Origin: Candidatus Latescibacterota bacterium
GTDB taxonomy: Bacteria; Latescibacterota; UBA2968; UBA8231
NCBI GenBank assembly: GCA_965242865.1
Contig: CBDETK010000013.1
Span: 192,001 to 256,000 of the forward strand
DNA: 64,000 bases
Reading direction: 5' to 3'
Of this stretch, positions 28,382 through 38,580 are shown one piece after another. A model generated the notes under the pieces. The model worked only from the letters and a program-made list of their open reading frames with translations, did not search any database and was not told the DNA's origin. Position numbers and translations under genes: made by a program. How positions within the stretch are numbered: position 1 is the stretch's first letter; each line of letters opens with the position of its first letter.

Positions 28382-29950
28382 ATGACGGCTGGCCCCCCAA
28401 AGTCCGAGCCGCAGCTTCCATTATTAAATGGGCCTCGGGCGTCCCTCTTTATCGTTGCGGCGACCTTGCTCTTGGGGGTCTGGACCTTCGATCCCAAACT
28501 TTCCCTCAGCGGCGACAACGCCGAATTCATCACGCTGGCTCGCAGTCTGGCCCAAGGCGAGGGGCTTTTGCACATCAACTCGCCCGATCCGCAGCCGGCG
28601 ACCAAGTACCCCTTTGGCTTTCCCCTGTTGCTGGCCCCGTTGGCGTGGGCCTTCCCCGGCGATTGGGTGCCGATGAAGGCGTGGGTGCTGGTGCTCTTTG
28701 CGCTGGGCATGGGCGTGCTCTACCAACTGGCCCAAGAGCGGGTGGGCGTCTTGCCCGGCTTGGCGGTGGTGCTGCTGAGCCTGATGGCCGGCCAGAGCTA
28801 CCTGACCCACGGCCCGACCGGCGCATCCTACGGCCCGCTGCTGTTGCACTACGCGCACCAAGTCATGTCCGAAGTGCCCTACCTGACCTTTTCGCTGTTG
28901 GCGCTGTGGCTCGTCGATCGGGGCGTCGGGCGGGCGGGCCTCAAGGGAAACGGGTGGCTCATCGGCGGGTTCGCCTGCACCCTCTGGGCACCTTACATCC
29001 GCACGGCTGGGGTCGCGCTCGTGGCGGCTGTGGTGGTCTATTTGTTGCTCCGGCGCGAGCTCCGGCGGGCTTTGCTCTTTGGCGGCGCGGCAATTGTCTG
29101 CTATGTGCCGTGGATCTGGCGCAACCGAGCGGTGGGCCGCGGCGGCGTCTATCTCGAGCAGCTCTTCATGGTCAATCCCTATCACCCGGAGCGGGGCCTG
29201 CTCGACGTGGGCGGCTTTGTCGAGCGCTTTATCGGCAATACGCACCGCTATCTGACCGGGGAATTGCCCCAAACCCTCGTGCCTTTTTTCACCGGCACGG
29301 AGACGATTTTTCACCCCGCGCCTTTGTTGCTGATCGCGCTCGCCGGTGCCGCGACCGTGCTTTGCATCAAGCGCGGCCAACACCTCCTGCTCCTGCTCTA
29401 CGCGGCCTTCTTTTTAGCGATGGTGTTGCTCTGGCCTTGGCCGGGCGATCGCTTTTTAGTGCCCATTGTGCCGGTGCTGGTCTTGTTGGGGGTCTGGGCT
29501 GTCTTGCAAATCCGCGCTAGACTGGGCTATCTGGGCAAGTTTGTGGTGTGGGGTTGCTTGCTCGCCTGCGTCGTCGGCTGGGTCGGCGGCGTCAAACGCC
29601 TAGCCGACTACGCTACAGCCGACTATCCCCCGCCTTGGCGGCGCTACTATCAGGCCGGTCAATGGCTCAAGGCCAACGCGCAGGAAGACGACATCGTGCT
29701 GTGCCGCAAGGGATATTGGATGTACATCGTCTCGGGCCGGCGCTGCGTCGGCTTTCCCTTTGCCGAGCCGGCCCAAGTGCTGGCCCATATCGAGCGCGAA
29801 AAGGTCGAGTACGTCGTGCTGGAAAGCCTCGGTTTTCCACAGACTGGGCGGTATTTGCTTCCGGCCATCGAGGAGTACGCGAGCCGCTTTGAGGTGGTGT
29901 GGCACGACCCAGTAGTGCCGACCTATGTGCTGCGCTTTCTCCGGCCCTAG
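28382..29950 (+). CDS. GT-C (ArnT/PMT-like) membrane glycosyltransferase
   Basis: GDNAEFITLARSLAQG; YPFGFPLLL; VMSEVPY; multiple TM helices; RFLVPI. Confidence 0.75.
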   Translation: MTAGPPKSEPQLPLLNGPRASLFIVAATLLLGVWTFDPKLSLSGDNAEFITLARSLAQGEGLLHINSPDPQPATKYPFGFPLLLAPLAWAFPGDWVPMKAWVLVLFALGMGVLYQLAQERVGVLPGLAVVLLSLMAGQSYLTHGPTGASYGPLLLHYAHQVMSEVPYLTFSLLALWLVDRGVGRAGLKGNGWLIGGFACTLWAPYIRTAGVALVAAVVVYLLLRRELRRALLFGGAAIVCYVPWIWRNRAVGRGGVYLEQLFMVNPYHPERGLLDVGGFVERFIGNTHRYLTGELPQTLVPFFTGTETIFHPAPLLLIALAGAATVLCIKRGQHLLLLLYAAFFLAMVLLWPWPGDRFLVPIVPVLVLLGVWAVLQIRARLGYLGKFVVWGCLLACVVGWVGGVKRLADYATADYPPPWRRYYQAGQWLKANAQEDDIVLCRKGYWMYIVSGRRCVGFPFAEPAQVLAHIEREKVEYVVLESLGFPQTGRYLLPAIEEYASRFEVVWHDPVVPTYVLRFLRP

Positions 29951-29957
29951 CCTTGGC

Positions 29958-30941
29958 TCACGGCAGCGGAGCGTCGGGGTGGACTAAGCCCTCGGCGCGG
30001 AGTTCGGCCCAAAACGAGGCGGGAATTTCCTGAGTGAGCAAGTCGAAGTTCTCTTGTACTCGCTCGGGCTGCCGCGTCCCGGGGATGATGCAGGTGATGG
30101 CCGGATGGGCGAAGACGAATTGCGAGGCTGCTGCGCGCAGATCGACTTGGTGGCGAGCGGCCACGGCCTCTAGAGACTGAGCCTTCGCGGCGATTTCGGG
30201 CGGAGCCTCTTGGTAGTTGTACGTCGCGCCCGGGCGCGCACCTTTGGCCAAGATGCCGCTGTTGTACGTGCCGCCAGCTAAGATGCCGATGTTCTTTTCC
30301 ACGCACAGGGGCAAGAGCTCGTCGAGCGCGCTCTGGTCGAGCAAGCTGTAGCGTCCGGCGAGGAGGAAGCAGTCGAAATCGCCCTCGCGGGCAAAGCGGG
30401 CCAGCATTTCCCATTGGTTCATGCCCGCACTGACGGCGCGGATGACGCCGGCGCCGCGCAGCTCGTCGAGCGCGGGATAGGCCCCGTCAATGGCCTCCTG
30501 CCAGTGGTTGTCCGGGTCGTGAATGTGGAGGATGTCGATGCGATCGACGCCGAGGCGCTTGAGGCTAGCTTCAAAGGAGCGCATGACGCCGTCGTGGCTG
30601 AAGTCGAACACGGGTTGGTACGGAGCCGGGTCGTCGAATGCGCCCACCTGTGGGTCGCGTTGGGTTGGGACTAAGACGCGCCCCACTTTGGACGAGAGCA
30701 CATAGCTGTCGTGCGGCACGCCCGCGAGGGCCTGTCCGAGGCGGAGTTCGCTTTTGCCCGACCCGTACAGGGGTGCGGTGTCTAAGAGGTTGAGACCCAA
30801 GGACAGGGCGCGGCGCACGACCGCGACAGCTTGGTCGTCGGGTATGTCGCCGTATAGACCGCCGATGGCGGCGCAGCCCAAGCCGAGGCGGGTGACGGAC
30901 AGGCCGCTGCGGCCGAGGGGGACTTTTTCGAGTGGATTCAT
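29958..30941 (-). CDS. Aldo/keto reductase (D-threo-aldose dehydrogenase-like)
   Basis: LDTAPLYGSGKSE; SSKVGR; IHDPD; LAGRYSLLDQ. Confidence 0.9.
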   Translation of the reverse strand: MNPLEKVPLGRSGLSVTRLGLGCAAIGGLYGDIPDDQAVAVVRRALSLGLNLLDTAPLYGSGKSELRLGQALAGVPHDSYVLSSKVGRVLVPTQRDPQVGAFDDPAPYQPVFDFSHDGVMRSFEASLKRLGVDRIDILHIHDPDNHWQEAIDGAYPALDELRGAGVIRAVSAGMNQWEMLARFAREGDFDCFLLAGRYSLLDQSALDELLPLCVEKNIGILAGGTYNSGILAKGARPGATYNYQEAPPEIAAKAQSLEAVAARHQVDLRAAASQFVFAHPAITCIIPGTRQPERVQENFDLLTQEIPASFWAELRAEGLVHPDAPLP

Positions 30942-31149
30942 GATGAGCTCCTTAGTTAGATGGCTTGCGTTGCCGTTGCGTCCGGGGTCGAGCCGCTGGT
31001 ATCGTGTAGTAAAGGCGCGTAGTAAAAACATAGGCCAAACCACCCGGCGCAAAAAGCCCACCCCTTGGGAGTTGCTTGACGCTCACCGGGGCATGCAGTA
31101 CATTAACCGGCCTTTGCAAATAGTTCGGAACTCATTGAATATAAAAGAG

Positions 31150-32556
31150 ATGTGTCAATTTAAGGCCAAGCTGCTGCTGCTGCTGTGGGCCGGGTGCGCC
31201 GTTCCCGAAGAGCCGCGGCCGGAAGCGGCCCGCAGTGATCTCCCCACCTTAGCCGAATGGCAGTGGACCGACGGCGAGCTGCCTTGGGCGGCTTGGGACG
31301 AGTCCTTGTTCGCCCGCGCTCAACGCGCCGACAAGCCCATATTGGTCTATTTGGCCGCCCCGGGATACGAGGGCCTGTTTCCCGCACCCACGCCGGCGTT
31401 GCGCCAACTCGTGGCCGAGCAATTCGTCGGCGTGCAGGTCGATCCGTTCAAGCAACCGGATGTTGCGCGGCACTACGAAAGCGGCGGTTGGCCCGCCCTC
31501 GTGGTGGCCCTGCCAGACGGGCGGGTTTTTGCGCGGGCCGTAGATATTCCGCCCGCCAACGTCGAGCCTTACCTGCGCCGGCTGCGCTCGGCTTACGAGG
31601 AAAAGCGGGCCGTGCTCGTCGCCAAGGTGCAGCGCGCGGCCGCTCCCGAAGTTGAGCAACCCTTTGCCATAGATGCGGTTTATCGCGCCTGTGCGGCCGA
31701 CTTTGACTCGACCTACGGCGGCTTTGGCGGCCCGACCAAGTTCCTCGAGACCTCGGTATTGCGCTTCCTGCTCGTCTATGCCGAGGTGCGGGGGGCCGCG
31801 CCGGCGCGGCAGATGGCCTTGGCCAGCTTGGACGCGGTGCTCGCCTCGCCGCTCAACGACCAAGGCGGTTTTCGCCCGTACTCGTACGCGCCCGATTGGA
31901 GCACACCCGCCAGCGAGCGCGACGCCCTCGATCAGGCGGCCATGCTGCATCTGCTGCTCGAAGCCGACCCCCCCCGCTACGTCGCGGCGGCCCGCGCCCT
32001 ACTCGCCTTTGTCGAGGGGACGCTCTTTGACCGAGCCGCGGGCGCGTTCCGCGGTCGCCAAGTCTTGGCCGACACTTGGTGGACCGACCCAACGCTCTAC
32101 GCCGACCGCCAAGCGGCCCTGATCCGAGCATACCTCGCCGCGGCCGCGGCCCTAGGCGACGACCGCGCCGCTCAGGTGGCCCTGCAAGCCGGCGACGCGC
32201 TCATCAACCGCTGTCTGGACCGCCGCGGCCGAGTGCAGCACGTGTGCGGCTCCGCGAGCGCAGGCAGCACTGGCCTGTTCGTCGATCAAGCTGGGGCAGC
32301 CTTGGCCTTGGGGGAATTGGGCGAATGGAGCGGCGAGGCCCGCTTTGCCGCGGCGGCCGAGCAGGTCGCGCGCTTCATGGAACAATCGTACGATCCAGCG
32401 GCCCTCGCCCGGCTGCCGCATCGCGGCCAAGGACTCGTCCTCCAGTTTTACGGCCTACAGGGCCGCGCCGAGCAGGTGGTCGCCTTGGCGTCGGAACCCA
32501 GCCGAGCGCAAAGCGCGTGGGCGCGGGCTTGGCTGCGCTACGGACCGCCGCTATGA
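31150..32556 (+). CDS. YyaL/DUF255-like thioredoxin plus alpha-helical lipoprotein, divergent
   Basis: Lipobox LWAGC; WAAWDESLFARAQRADKPI; GGWP; FDSTYGGFGGPTKF. Confidence 0.7.
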   Translation: MCQFKAKLLLLLWAGCAVPEEPRPEAARSDLPTLAEWQWTDGELPWAAWDESLFARAQRADKPILVYLAAPGYEGLFPAPTPALRQLVAEQFVGVQVDPFKQPDVARHYESGGWPALVVALPDGRVFARAVDIPPANVEPYLRRLRSAYEEKRAVLVAKVQRAAAPEVEQPFAIDAVYRACAADFDSTYGGFGGPTKFLETSVLRFLLVYAEVRGAAPARQMALASLDAVLASPLNDQGGFRPYSYAPDWSTPASERDALDQAAMLHLLLEADPPRYVAAARALLAFVEGTLFDRAAGAFRGRQVLADTWWTDPTLYADRQAALIRAYLAAAAALGDDRAAQVALQAGDALINRCLDRRGRVQHVCGSASAGSTGLFVDQAGAALALGELGEWSGEARFAAAAEQVARFMEQSYDPAALARLPHRGQGLVLQFYGLQGRAEQVVALASEPSRAQSAWARAWLRYGPPL

Positions 32557-33452
32557 GAATTTTGGTGACCGGCGCCACGGGCCTGTTGGGCCGCACCCTG
32601 CTCTCCCTAGCCGGGGAAGCCGAGTGGCTGGGCTGCGGTCGCCGGCCCGCGCCCGAGGGCATTTCCTATCGCCAAGTCGATCTAGCGGACCGCAAGGCCG
32701 CGACCGCGCTCATCGCCGAACTCGCGCCCGATTGGGTGATCAACGCCGCGGCCATGACCGATGTCGATGGCTGCGAAAAAGACGCGCCGGCCGCGCGGCG
32801 AGCCAACGTCGATATTCCCGAGAACTTAGCCGCCGCTTGCACCGCGGCTGGGGCCGGCTTGGCCCATATTTCCACGGATTACGTCTTCGATGGCCAGCGC
32901 GGGCCCTACGGCGAAGGGGATGCGGCCAATCCCCTGTCTTGCTACGGCCAACTCAAGCTCGAAAGCGAGGGCATATTAGACAAAATGGAGCGCGTACTCG
33001 TGGTGCGGACCCTGTGGCTGTACGGCTATGTCCCGCAGGCCGGGTCCAATTTCCTCACTTGGGTGCTGCGGGGCCTGTCTAGCGGCCAGTCCCTGCGGGT
33101 CTTTGCCGATCAGTGGGGCAACCCGACGTACGTCCGCGATTTGGCCCGCGCCTTGGTGTCCCTGTGCGGTCAAGAGGCGCGGGGGTTGTTTCACCTCGGC
33201 GGCGCGACCTTTATGACGCGCTGGGAGCAGGCTCGGGCGCTGGCCTGTTTCTTTGGCATGGACGGCGCGTTGATCGAACCCGTGCCGACCCGCGCGGCCG
33301 GGCTGGCCGCTCCGCGCCCGTTGCGATCGGGGCTGCGCACCGACGCGCTGAACGCCGCGCTCGGCCGCCGGCCCCTGAGCTTTGCCGAGGGGCTGCAAGA
33401 CTTGGCCGCGGACCCGCACTTTCGCCGCGACTTTCCCCAACTTGCCCGCTAG
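32553..33452 (+). CDS. rfbD: dTDP-4-dehydrorhamnose reductase family SDR
   Basis: ILVTGATGLLG; AAMTDVDGCE; ISTDYVFDG; YGQLK; ATGA overlap with the upstream gene. Confidence 0.88.
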   Translation: MRILVTGATGLLGRTLLSLAGEAEWLGCGRRPAPEGISYRQVDLADRKAATALIAELAPDWVINAAAMTDVDGCEKDAPAARRANVDIPENLAAACTAAGAGLAHISTDYVFDGQRGPYGEGDAANPLSCYGQLKLESEGILDKMERVLVVRTLWLYGYVPQAGSNFLTWVLRGLSSGQSLRVFADQWGNPTYVRDLARALVSLCGQEARGLFHLGGATFMTRWEQARALACFFGMDGALIEPVPTRAAGLAAPRPLRSGLRTDALNAALGRRPLSFAEGLQDLAADPHFRRDFPQLAR

Positions 33453-33461
33453 CCTGTTCTC

Positions 33462-34187
33462 GTGGACCCCGTGCAGATTTCGCTGGTGACGCCCACGTAC
33501 AACGAGCGGGAAAACTTGCCGCTCTTGGCCGCCGAGATCTTTGCGATCATCGGGCGCGAGCCAGAGATCGACTTGGAGCTCATCGTGGTTGACGACAACT
33601 CGCCCGACGGCACCGGCCAAGTGGCCGAGTCCCTGAAGGCCCGCTATCCCGTCGAGGTGGTCCATCGGCCGGGCAAGCTCGGCTTGGGGTCGGCGGTGAT
33701 GGCGGGGTTCGCCCAGTCGGCGCGGCCCCATCTCGGGGTGATCGACGCGGACTTGAGCCACGACCCGGCGATCTTGCCCGCGCTAATCCACAGCCTGCGC
33801 GAATGCGACATTGCCATGGGCAGCCGCTTTGGGGCCACCAGCCGAGTCGAACGCTGGGCTTGGCACCGCAAGCAGATCTCCCGAATCGGCGTGGGCGCGG
33901 CCCGCCTGCTGACCGGGGTTGAGGACCCGCTGTCGGGTTATTTCTGTTTGCGCCGCCCCGTGATCCAGGACTTCGCGCTCACGTCTGCGGGCTACAAAAT
34001 CCTGCTCGAAATTTTGGTCAAGGGCCGCTACCAGCGTCATCGGTCCATCCCCTTTGTCTTTCGCAACCGCCAGTTCAGCTCCAGCAAGCTAGACCTGCGC
34101 GAGCATCTGCTTTTTGCCAAGCAAATTCTCTACTTCAGCGGCTACAAGCTCATGGGCCGCCAGCGAGGCGCTCGATCGTGCGACTGA
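33462..34187 (+). CDS. GT2 polyprenol-phosphate glycosyltransferase (Dpm1-like)
   Basis: PTYNERENL; VDDNSPDGT; DADLSHDP; DPLSGYF; GYKILLE. Confidence 0.88.
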   Translation: MDPVQISLVTPTYNERENLPLLAAEIFAIIGREPEIDLELIVVDDNSPDGTGQVAESLKARYPVEVVHRPGKLGLGSAVMAGFAQSARPHLGVIDADLSHDPAILPALIHSLRECDIAMGSRFGATSRVERWAWHRKQISRIGVGAARLLTGVEDPLSGYFCLRRPVIQDFALTSAGYKILLEILVKGRYQRHRSIPFVFRNRQFSSSKLDLREHLLFAKQILYFSGYKLMGRQRGARSCD

Positions 34188-35962
34188 GCATAGTCTTTCT
34201 CAGCTACAATACCCGCGACCTGACTCGACAGGCCCTGCATTCCGTGCTCGCGGCCGCCGAGGGCCTAGAGGCCGAGATCTTCGTGGTTGACAATGCCTCG
34301 GCCGATGGCAGTGCCGACATGGTAGCCGAGGAATTTCCGCACGTGAAGCTGATTTGCAACGAGGCCAATGTGGGGTTCTCGGCCGGCAACAACGTGGCCC
34401 TGCGGCAGGTGGCCGGCGAATACGCCCTGCTGATCAACACCGATACCATCGTGCGCCGAGACGCGCTGCACACCATGGTAGGGTTCTTGGACGCCCACCC
34501 GGAAGCCGGGGCCTGCGGCTGCAAAATCCTCGACCCGGACGGGACCTTGCAGCTCGACAGCCGCCGCGGCTTTCCCACCCCACTGGCAGCCTTTTGCAAG
34601 ATGTCGGGCCTGAGCCGCCTCTTTCCCCAGCACCCGCTCATTGCCCGCTACCATCTGACCCATCTCGACCCCGAGCAACCGGCCGAGATCGAGGTGCTGT
34701 CGGGTTCCTGCATGATGGTGCGCAAGGCGGCCATGGACCAAGTCGGCCTGCTCGACGAGGATTACTTCATGTACGGCGAGGACATCGACTGGTGCTATCG
34801 CTTCCACCGAGCCGGCTGGAAGCTCTACTACGTGCCGACGACCGCGATCATCCACTTTCGCGGCGAGAGTGGCCGGGGAACGCCGCTGAAAATTCTCTAT
34901 CGCAAGAGCCGCGCCATGTCGATTTTTGTCAACAAGCACATGGCGCGGCGCTATCGCTTCTTCCCGCTGGGGCTCTTGCAGGTGGGCATTGCCCTGCACG
35001 GGACGTTCCGCTTCCTCGGTCGGGCCGCCCGCGCCTTGGCCGCGCCCCTGCTCGACGCCGGTTTGGTGCTCTGCGGCCTCAAGCTCGGGTTAACGGTGCG
35101 CTACCACCCCGAGCTGGTGCCCCTCATCTACCGCATTGAGCAGGTCGGCACGCTCTTCGGCCTCGACGTCCAGCCGACGCGCTGGCTGGTTCCGCCGCCG
35201 TACTCAGATTGGCAATGGGCGGCAGTGTACGGTGCTTCGATCGCGGTCTGGCTGGTGGCGTTTTGCGCGGCCGGCCTGTACGACCGCCGCCGCTACTCCG
35301 TGGCGGGGTCAGTGGTAGGCGTGACGCTGGGGTTTGCCGCCATTGTGATGCTGGTCTTCTTCTTTAAGGGCTACAACTTCTCGCGGTTGGCCGTGGTGTC
35401 GGCTTGGTTTTGCAACGTGCTGTTAATCGCCGGTTGGCGCTTGGTGGCGCGTTGGTCCCTGCGCCAGCGCGGCTGCGAGGGCCGATTGCGCACCCTGCTG
35501 GTGGGAACCGATGCGGCGGCCGTGGAGTTCGTCGAGCAACTGGAGCGGGCGGGTATGGCCCACTGCAACCTGATCGGCGTGGTCGGCGAGAGGCCCCAGC
35601 AGCGCGATAGCCCACTGGCCGGTCGCCCGGTGGTCGGCCATGTCGGCGAGCTAGAGGGGCTGGTAAACGACTTTGCCATTGATCACCTCGTGTTTACGCC
35701 GAGTGCCATGTCGTCGTTCTTGGAACGGCCCGTGCCGTTGCGGGATCCGTGTCGAGGACAGGGCCTCGACAGTACGGGTACGAGGCGCGGACAGGGTAGC
35801 GGCAATCCGGGGCGCGGACAGGGTAGCGACAGTACGAGACGGGGCCGCGAGCCGTGTTTGCGGGTTAGCATGGTGCCGATTGGGTTTGCCGAGCTGGTGG
35901 CCGAGCGCGGCGGACGCGATGGGGCATCGTTGCCTCTCGTGGAAATTAGGACCGGCGGTTGA
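34178..35962 (+). CDS. GT2 glycosyltransferase fused to TM and CoA-binding-like domains
   Basis: VDNASADGS; NVGFSAGNN; FMYGEDIDWCYR; then TM helices and an RTLLVG Rossmann-like domain. Confidence 0.85.
   Translation: MRLSIVFLSYNTRDLTRQALHSVLAAAEGLEAEIFVVDNASADGSADMVAEEFPHVKLICNEANVGFSAGNNVALRQVAGEYALLINTDTIVRRDALHTMVGFLDAHPEAGACGCKILDPDGTLQLDSRRGFPTPLAAFCKMSGLSRLFPQHPLIARYHLTHLDPEQPAEIEVLSGSCMMVRKAAMDQVGLLDEDYFMYGEDIDWCYRFHRAGWKLYYVPTTAIIHFRGESGRGTPLKILYRKSRAMSIFVNKHMARRYRFFPLGLLQVGIALHGTFRFLGRAARALAAPLLDAGLVLCGLKLGLTVRYHPELVPLIYRIEQVGTLFGLDVQPTRWLVPPPYSDWQWAAVYGASIAVWLVAFCAAGLYDRRRYSVAGSVVGVTLGFAAIVMLVFFFKGYNFSRLAVVSAWFCNVLLIAGWRLVARWSLRQRGCEGRLRTLLVGTDAAAVEFVEQLERAGMAHCNLIGVVGERPQQRDSPLAGRPVVGHVGELEGLVNDFAIDHLVFTPSAMSSFLERPVPLRDPCRGQGLDSTGTRRGQGSGNPGRGQGSDSTRRGREPCLRVSMVPIGFAELVAERGGRDGASLPLVEIRTGG
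35752..35836 (+). repeat. In-frame short repeats in the GT2 3' region
   Basis: GGCGCGGACAGGGTAGCG at 35784 and 35811; GGACAGGG x3; CGACAGTACG x2. Confidence 0.7.
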
Positions 35963-36025
35963 TTTTTTGCCTTTATTTGCGTTACATACTCGTTGTGAAC
36001 GCGAGCATCTACTGGGAGAACAACT

Positions 36026-36727
36026 ATGTCTGAGAGGCGTTTGGCAGGCGGTCGGGAGATCGTGCTGCCGATGAGTAAAGCCGTGGAAATTAGCTTTCGC
36101 AGCCTGAAAATTCGCTTTGGCCGCTCCCTGATCACCACCAGCGGCGTGGTTTTGGCGATTGCCTTCTTAATGTCGGTGTGGAGCAACAACGAAATCGTCA
36201 GCAGCCTGCGCAGCGCGGACAAAAGCGAGATCAACTTACTCTTGCAAAAAAACGGCATTGAGACGGGCCTTTCCGAGGCCGGCGACGCCTCTGAAGAGGC
36301 TGTGGCCCGCCTACAGGAAGAGCGATCGAAGCAGACTTGGCTGATCAGTCTGTCGCTCTTGGTCTGCGTCGTCGGCATTGCCAACGCCATGTTGATGTCG
36401 GTGACCGAGCGGTTCCGCGAGATCGGCACCATGAAGTGCCTCGGGGCCTTGGACACCTTTATCGTCAAGCTCTTCCTCCTCGAATCGACCTTTCAGGGGT
36501 TGGCGGGGACTTCGGCCGGGATCGCCATTGGCTTCGCGCTGACGCTGGGGTTGGCTCTGCTCGATTACGGCGGCTACGCCCTGTCGTACTTCCCGCTGGG
36601 CGGCATCGTCGAATCGGCCGGGTACGCCTTGGTGGTGGGGACCCTGCTTTCGTTGATCGGCGCCATGTTGCCGGCGTACCGCGCAGCCAAGATGGAGCCG
36701 GTCGAAGCCATGCGCTCCGACACCTGA
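36026..36727 (+). CDS. FtsX-like ABC permease (short)
   Basis: GIANAMLMSVTERFREIGTMKCLGA; PAYRAAKMEPVEAMR. Confidence 0.88.
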   Translation: MSERRLAGGREIVLPMSKAVEISFRSLKIRFGRSLITTSGVVLAIAFLMSVWSNNEIVSSLRSADKSEINLLLQKNGIETGLSEAGDASEEAVARLQEERSKQTWLISLSLLVCVVGIANAMLMSVTERFREIGTMKCLGALDTFIVKLFLLESTFQGLAGTSAGIAIGFALTLGLALLDYGGYALSYFPLGGIVESAGYALVVGTLLSLIGAMLPAYRAAKMEPVEAMRSDT

Positions 36728-36747
36728 TTCCTCAGAGGAGATTTGAA

Positions 36748-37536
36748 ATGACCGAAACCGCCCCGAGCGAGGTGGCCGTCCAAGCAGCGCAAGCAGCGCA
36801 AGAAGCAGAAAAACGCACGGTCGTGCGGACCCAGCAGGTAAAGAAAATTTACTTGATGGGCGAGATTGAGGTTCACGCCCTGCGCGGCGTAGATATGGAG
36901 ATTTACACCGGCGAGTACCTGTCGATCATGGGGCCTTCGGGCTCGGGCAAGAGCACCTTCTTCAACATGGTCGGCGGCCTCGACAAACCCTCGGAGGGCA
37001 AGGTGTACATCGACGAGGTGGACGTCGCCCAGCTCGACGCGTACGAGCTGGCGTGGCTGCGTTGCCGCAAGATCGGCTACATCTTCCAGTCGTTCAACTT
37101 AATCCCGGTGATGACCGCGCTCGAAAACGTCACCTTGCCGATGGTCTTTGCCGGCCTGACCAGCGACGAGGCCCGCGACAAGGGCATGGAGCTGTTGGTC
37201 AAGGTGGGCTTGGGCGAGCGGCACTCGCACAAGCCCTACGAGCTTTCGGGCGGCCAGCAGCAGCGCGTGGCCGTCGCCCGCGCCTTGGCCAACGACCCGG
37301 CCGTCGTCCTCGCCGACGAGCCGACCGCCAACCTCGACTTGCGCACCGGCACGGAGATCATCGAGCTGTTGCGCGCGATGAACCAAGACTCCGGCGTGAC
37401 GGTCATCTCAGCGACCCACGACCACAAGATGCTCAGCGTCTCCGATCGCGTGGTGTGGGTCAAGGACGGCCAAGTGGATCACGTGCGCAAACGCGAAGAC
37501 CTCGATATCGAAGTAACCCACGTAGAAGGCGAGTAG
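36748..37536 (+). CDS. ABC ATP-binding protein (LolD/MacB type)
   Basis: GPSGSGKST; LSGGQQQRVAVARA; ADEPTANLD. Confidence 0.92.
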   Translation: MTETAPSEVAVQAAQAAQEAEKRTVVRTQQVKKIYLMGEIEVHALRGVDMEIYTGEYLSIMGPSGSGKSTFFNMVGGLDKPSEGKVYIDEVDVAQLDAYELAWLRCRKIGYIFQSFNLIPVMTALENVTLPMVFAGLTSDEARDKGMELLVKVGLGERHSHKPYELSGGQQQRVAVARALANDPAVVLADEPTANLDLRTGTEIIELLRAMNQDSGVTVISATHDHKMLSVSDRVVWVKDGQVDHVRKREDLDIEVTHVEGE

Positions 37537-38311
37537 TGCTGCCCGAATACCCGGCCCCCTTTTGGGTCTGCGCGGTCGGGGCGGTGCTCTTGATGGGGGT
37601 GGCCAAGGCCGGCTTTGGCGGCGGCATCGGGATTTTGGCCACCCCGCTGTTGGCCCTGACGGTCTCGGTGGCGGATGCGGCCGCGCTCTTGTTGCCGCTG
37701 TTGATCGCCTGCGATGTATTCGCCGTCCGGCACTACCGCCGCACCTTCGACAAAGCGAGCGTCCAACGGCTCCTGCCCGGTTCCGCCTTGGGAATCGGCG
37801 TCGGGGCTTTTTTTTTGGCTACTTTAGCCAGCACGAGCGCGTTTTAGAGGTGGGCTTGGGCTGCTTGGCCTTGCTGTTTGTCGCGTTCCAATTCGGGCGG
37901 GCGGCCCTCGTCGGGATGGTCCAAAAGCAGCGTCCGGGGCCGCTGGCCGGGGTGTTGATGGGCGCGGTCTCCGGCTTTACCTCGACGATTGCTCACGCCG
38001 GCGCACCGCCGGTGGTCATTTACTTGCTGCCGCAGCAGTTGCCGCGCCGCGTCTTCGTCGGCACCACGGTCGTTTTCTTTGCTGCACTCAACGTGCTCAA
38101 GCTGCCGCCCTATTGGGGCTTGGGGCTTTTCCACGCCGACATTTTTAAGACGATGTTGCTGCTGGCGCCGCTGGCGTACGCCGGAGTGAAGTTAGGGGTG
38201 TTTCTGAATCAGCGATTTAGCGACGTGTGGTTCAACCGAGTGGTGTATGGAATGTTGTTGGCGACAGCCGTGCAGTTGATTACTGGAAGGGGGATGGGCA
38301 GTGGGGGATAG
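37536..38311 (+). pseudogene. TauE/SafE sulfite-exporter family, frameshifted at a T9 run
   Basis: GVAKAGFGGG..PLLIACD in one frame; SGFTSTIAHAGAPP..NVLKLPPY in another. The switch is at T9 (37808-37816). Confidence 0.8.
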
Positions 38312-38374
38312 GCTCTAGTGCTGTCCGCGTCATTGGGGCTTTACTACAGGCATAACTCATTCAGGGAGATAAAA

Positions 38375-38497
38375 ATGGCGAAGACAAAGCGCGTCGTACA
38401 GAAGGCACCAAAAAGGGGAAAGATAAAGATATCTACCATTAAAAAGGCCGTTGCCAGCGTCAAGAAAGCTAGGCCGCAACTTCGCAAGCCTAGTTAA
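38375..38497 (+). CDS. 40-aa Lys/Arg-rich small protein
   Basis: AGGGAG RBS, then ATG; MAKTKRVVQKAPKRGKIKISTIKKAVASVKKARPQLRKPS*. Confidence 0.55.
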   Translation: MAKTKRVVQKAPKRGKIKISTIKKAVASVKKARPQLRKPS

Positions 38498-38580
38498 GCA
38501 TGGCGAATGACTTGACGACCAGACACAAACCCACTAGAGACCAAGCACTTTGGGAATAGCAGCAGAAAGGAGACCAAAGC

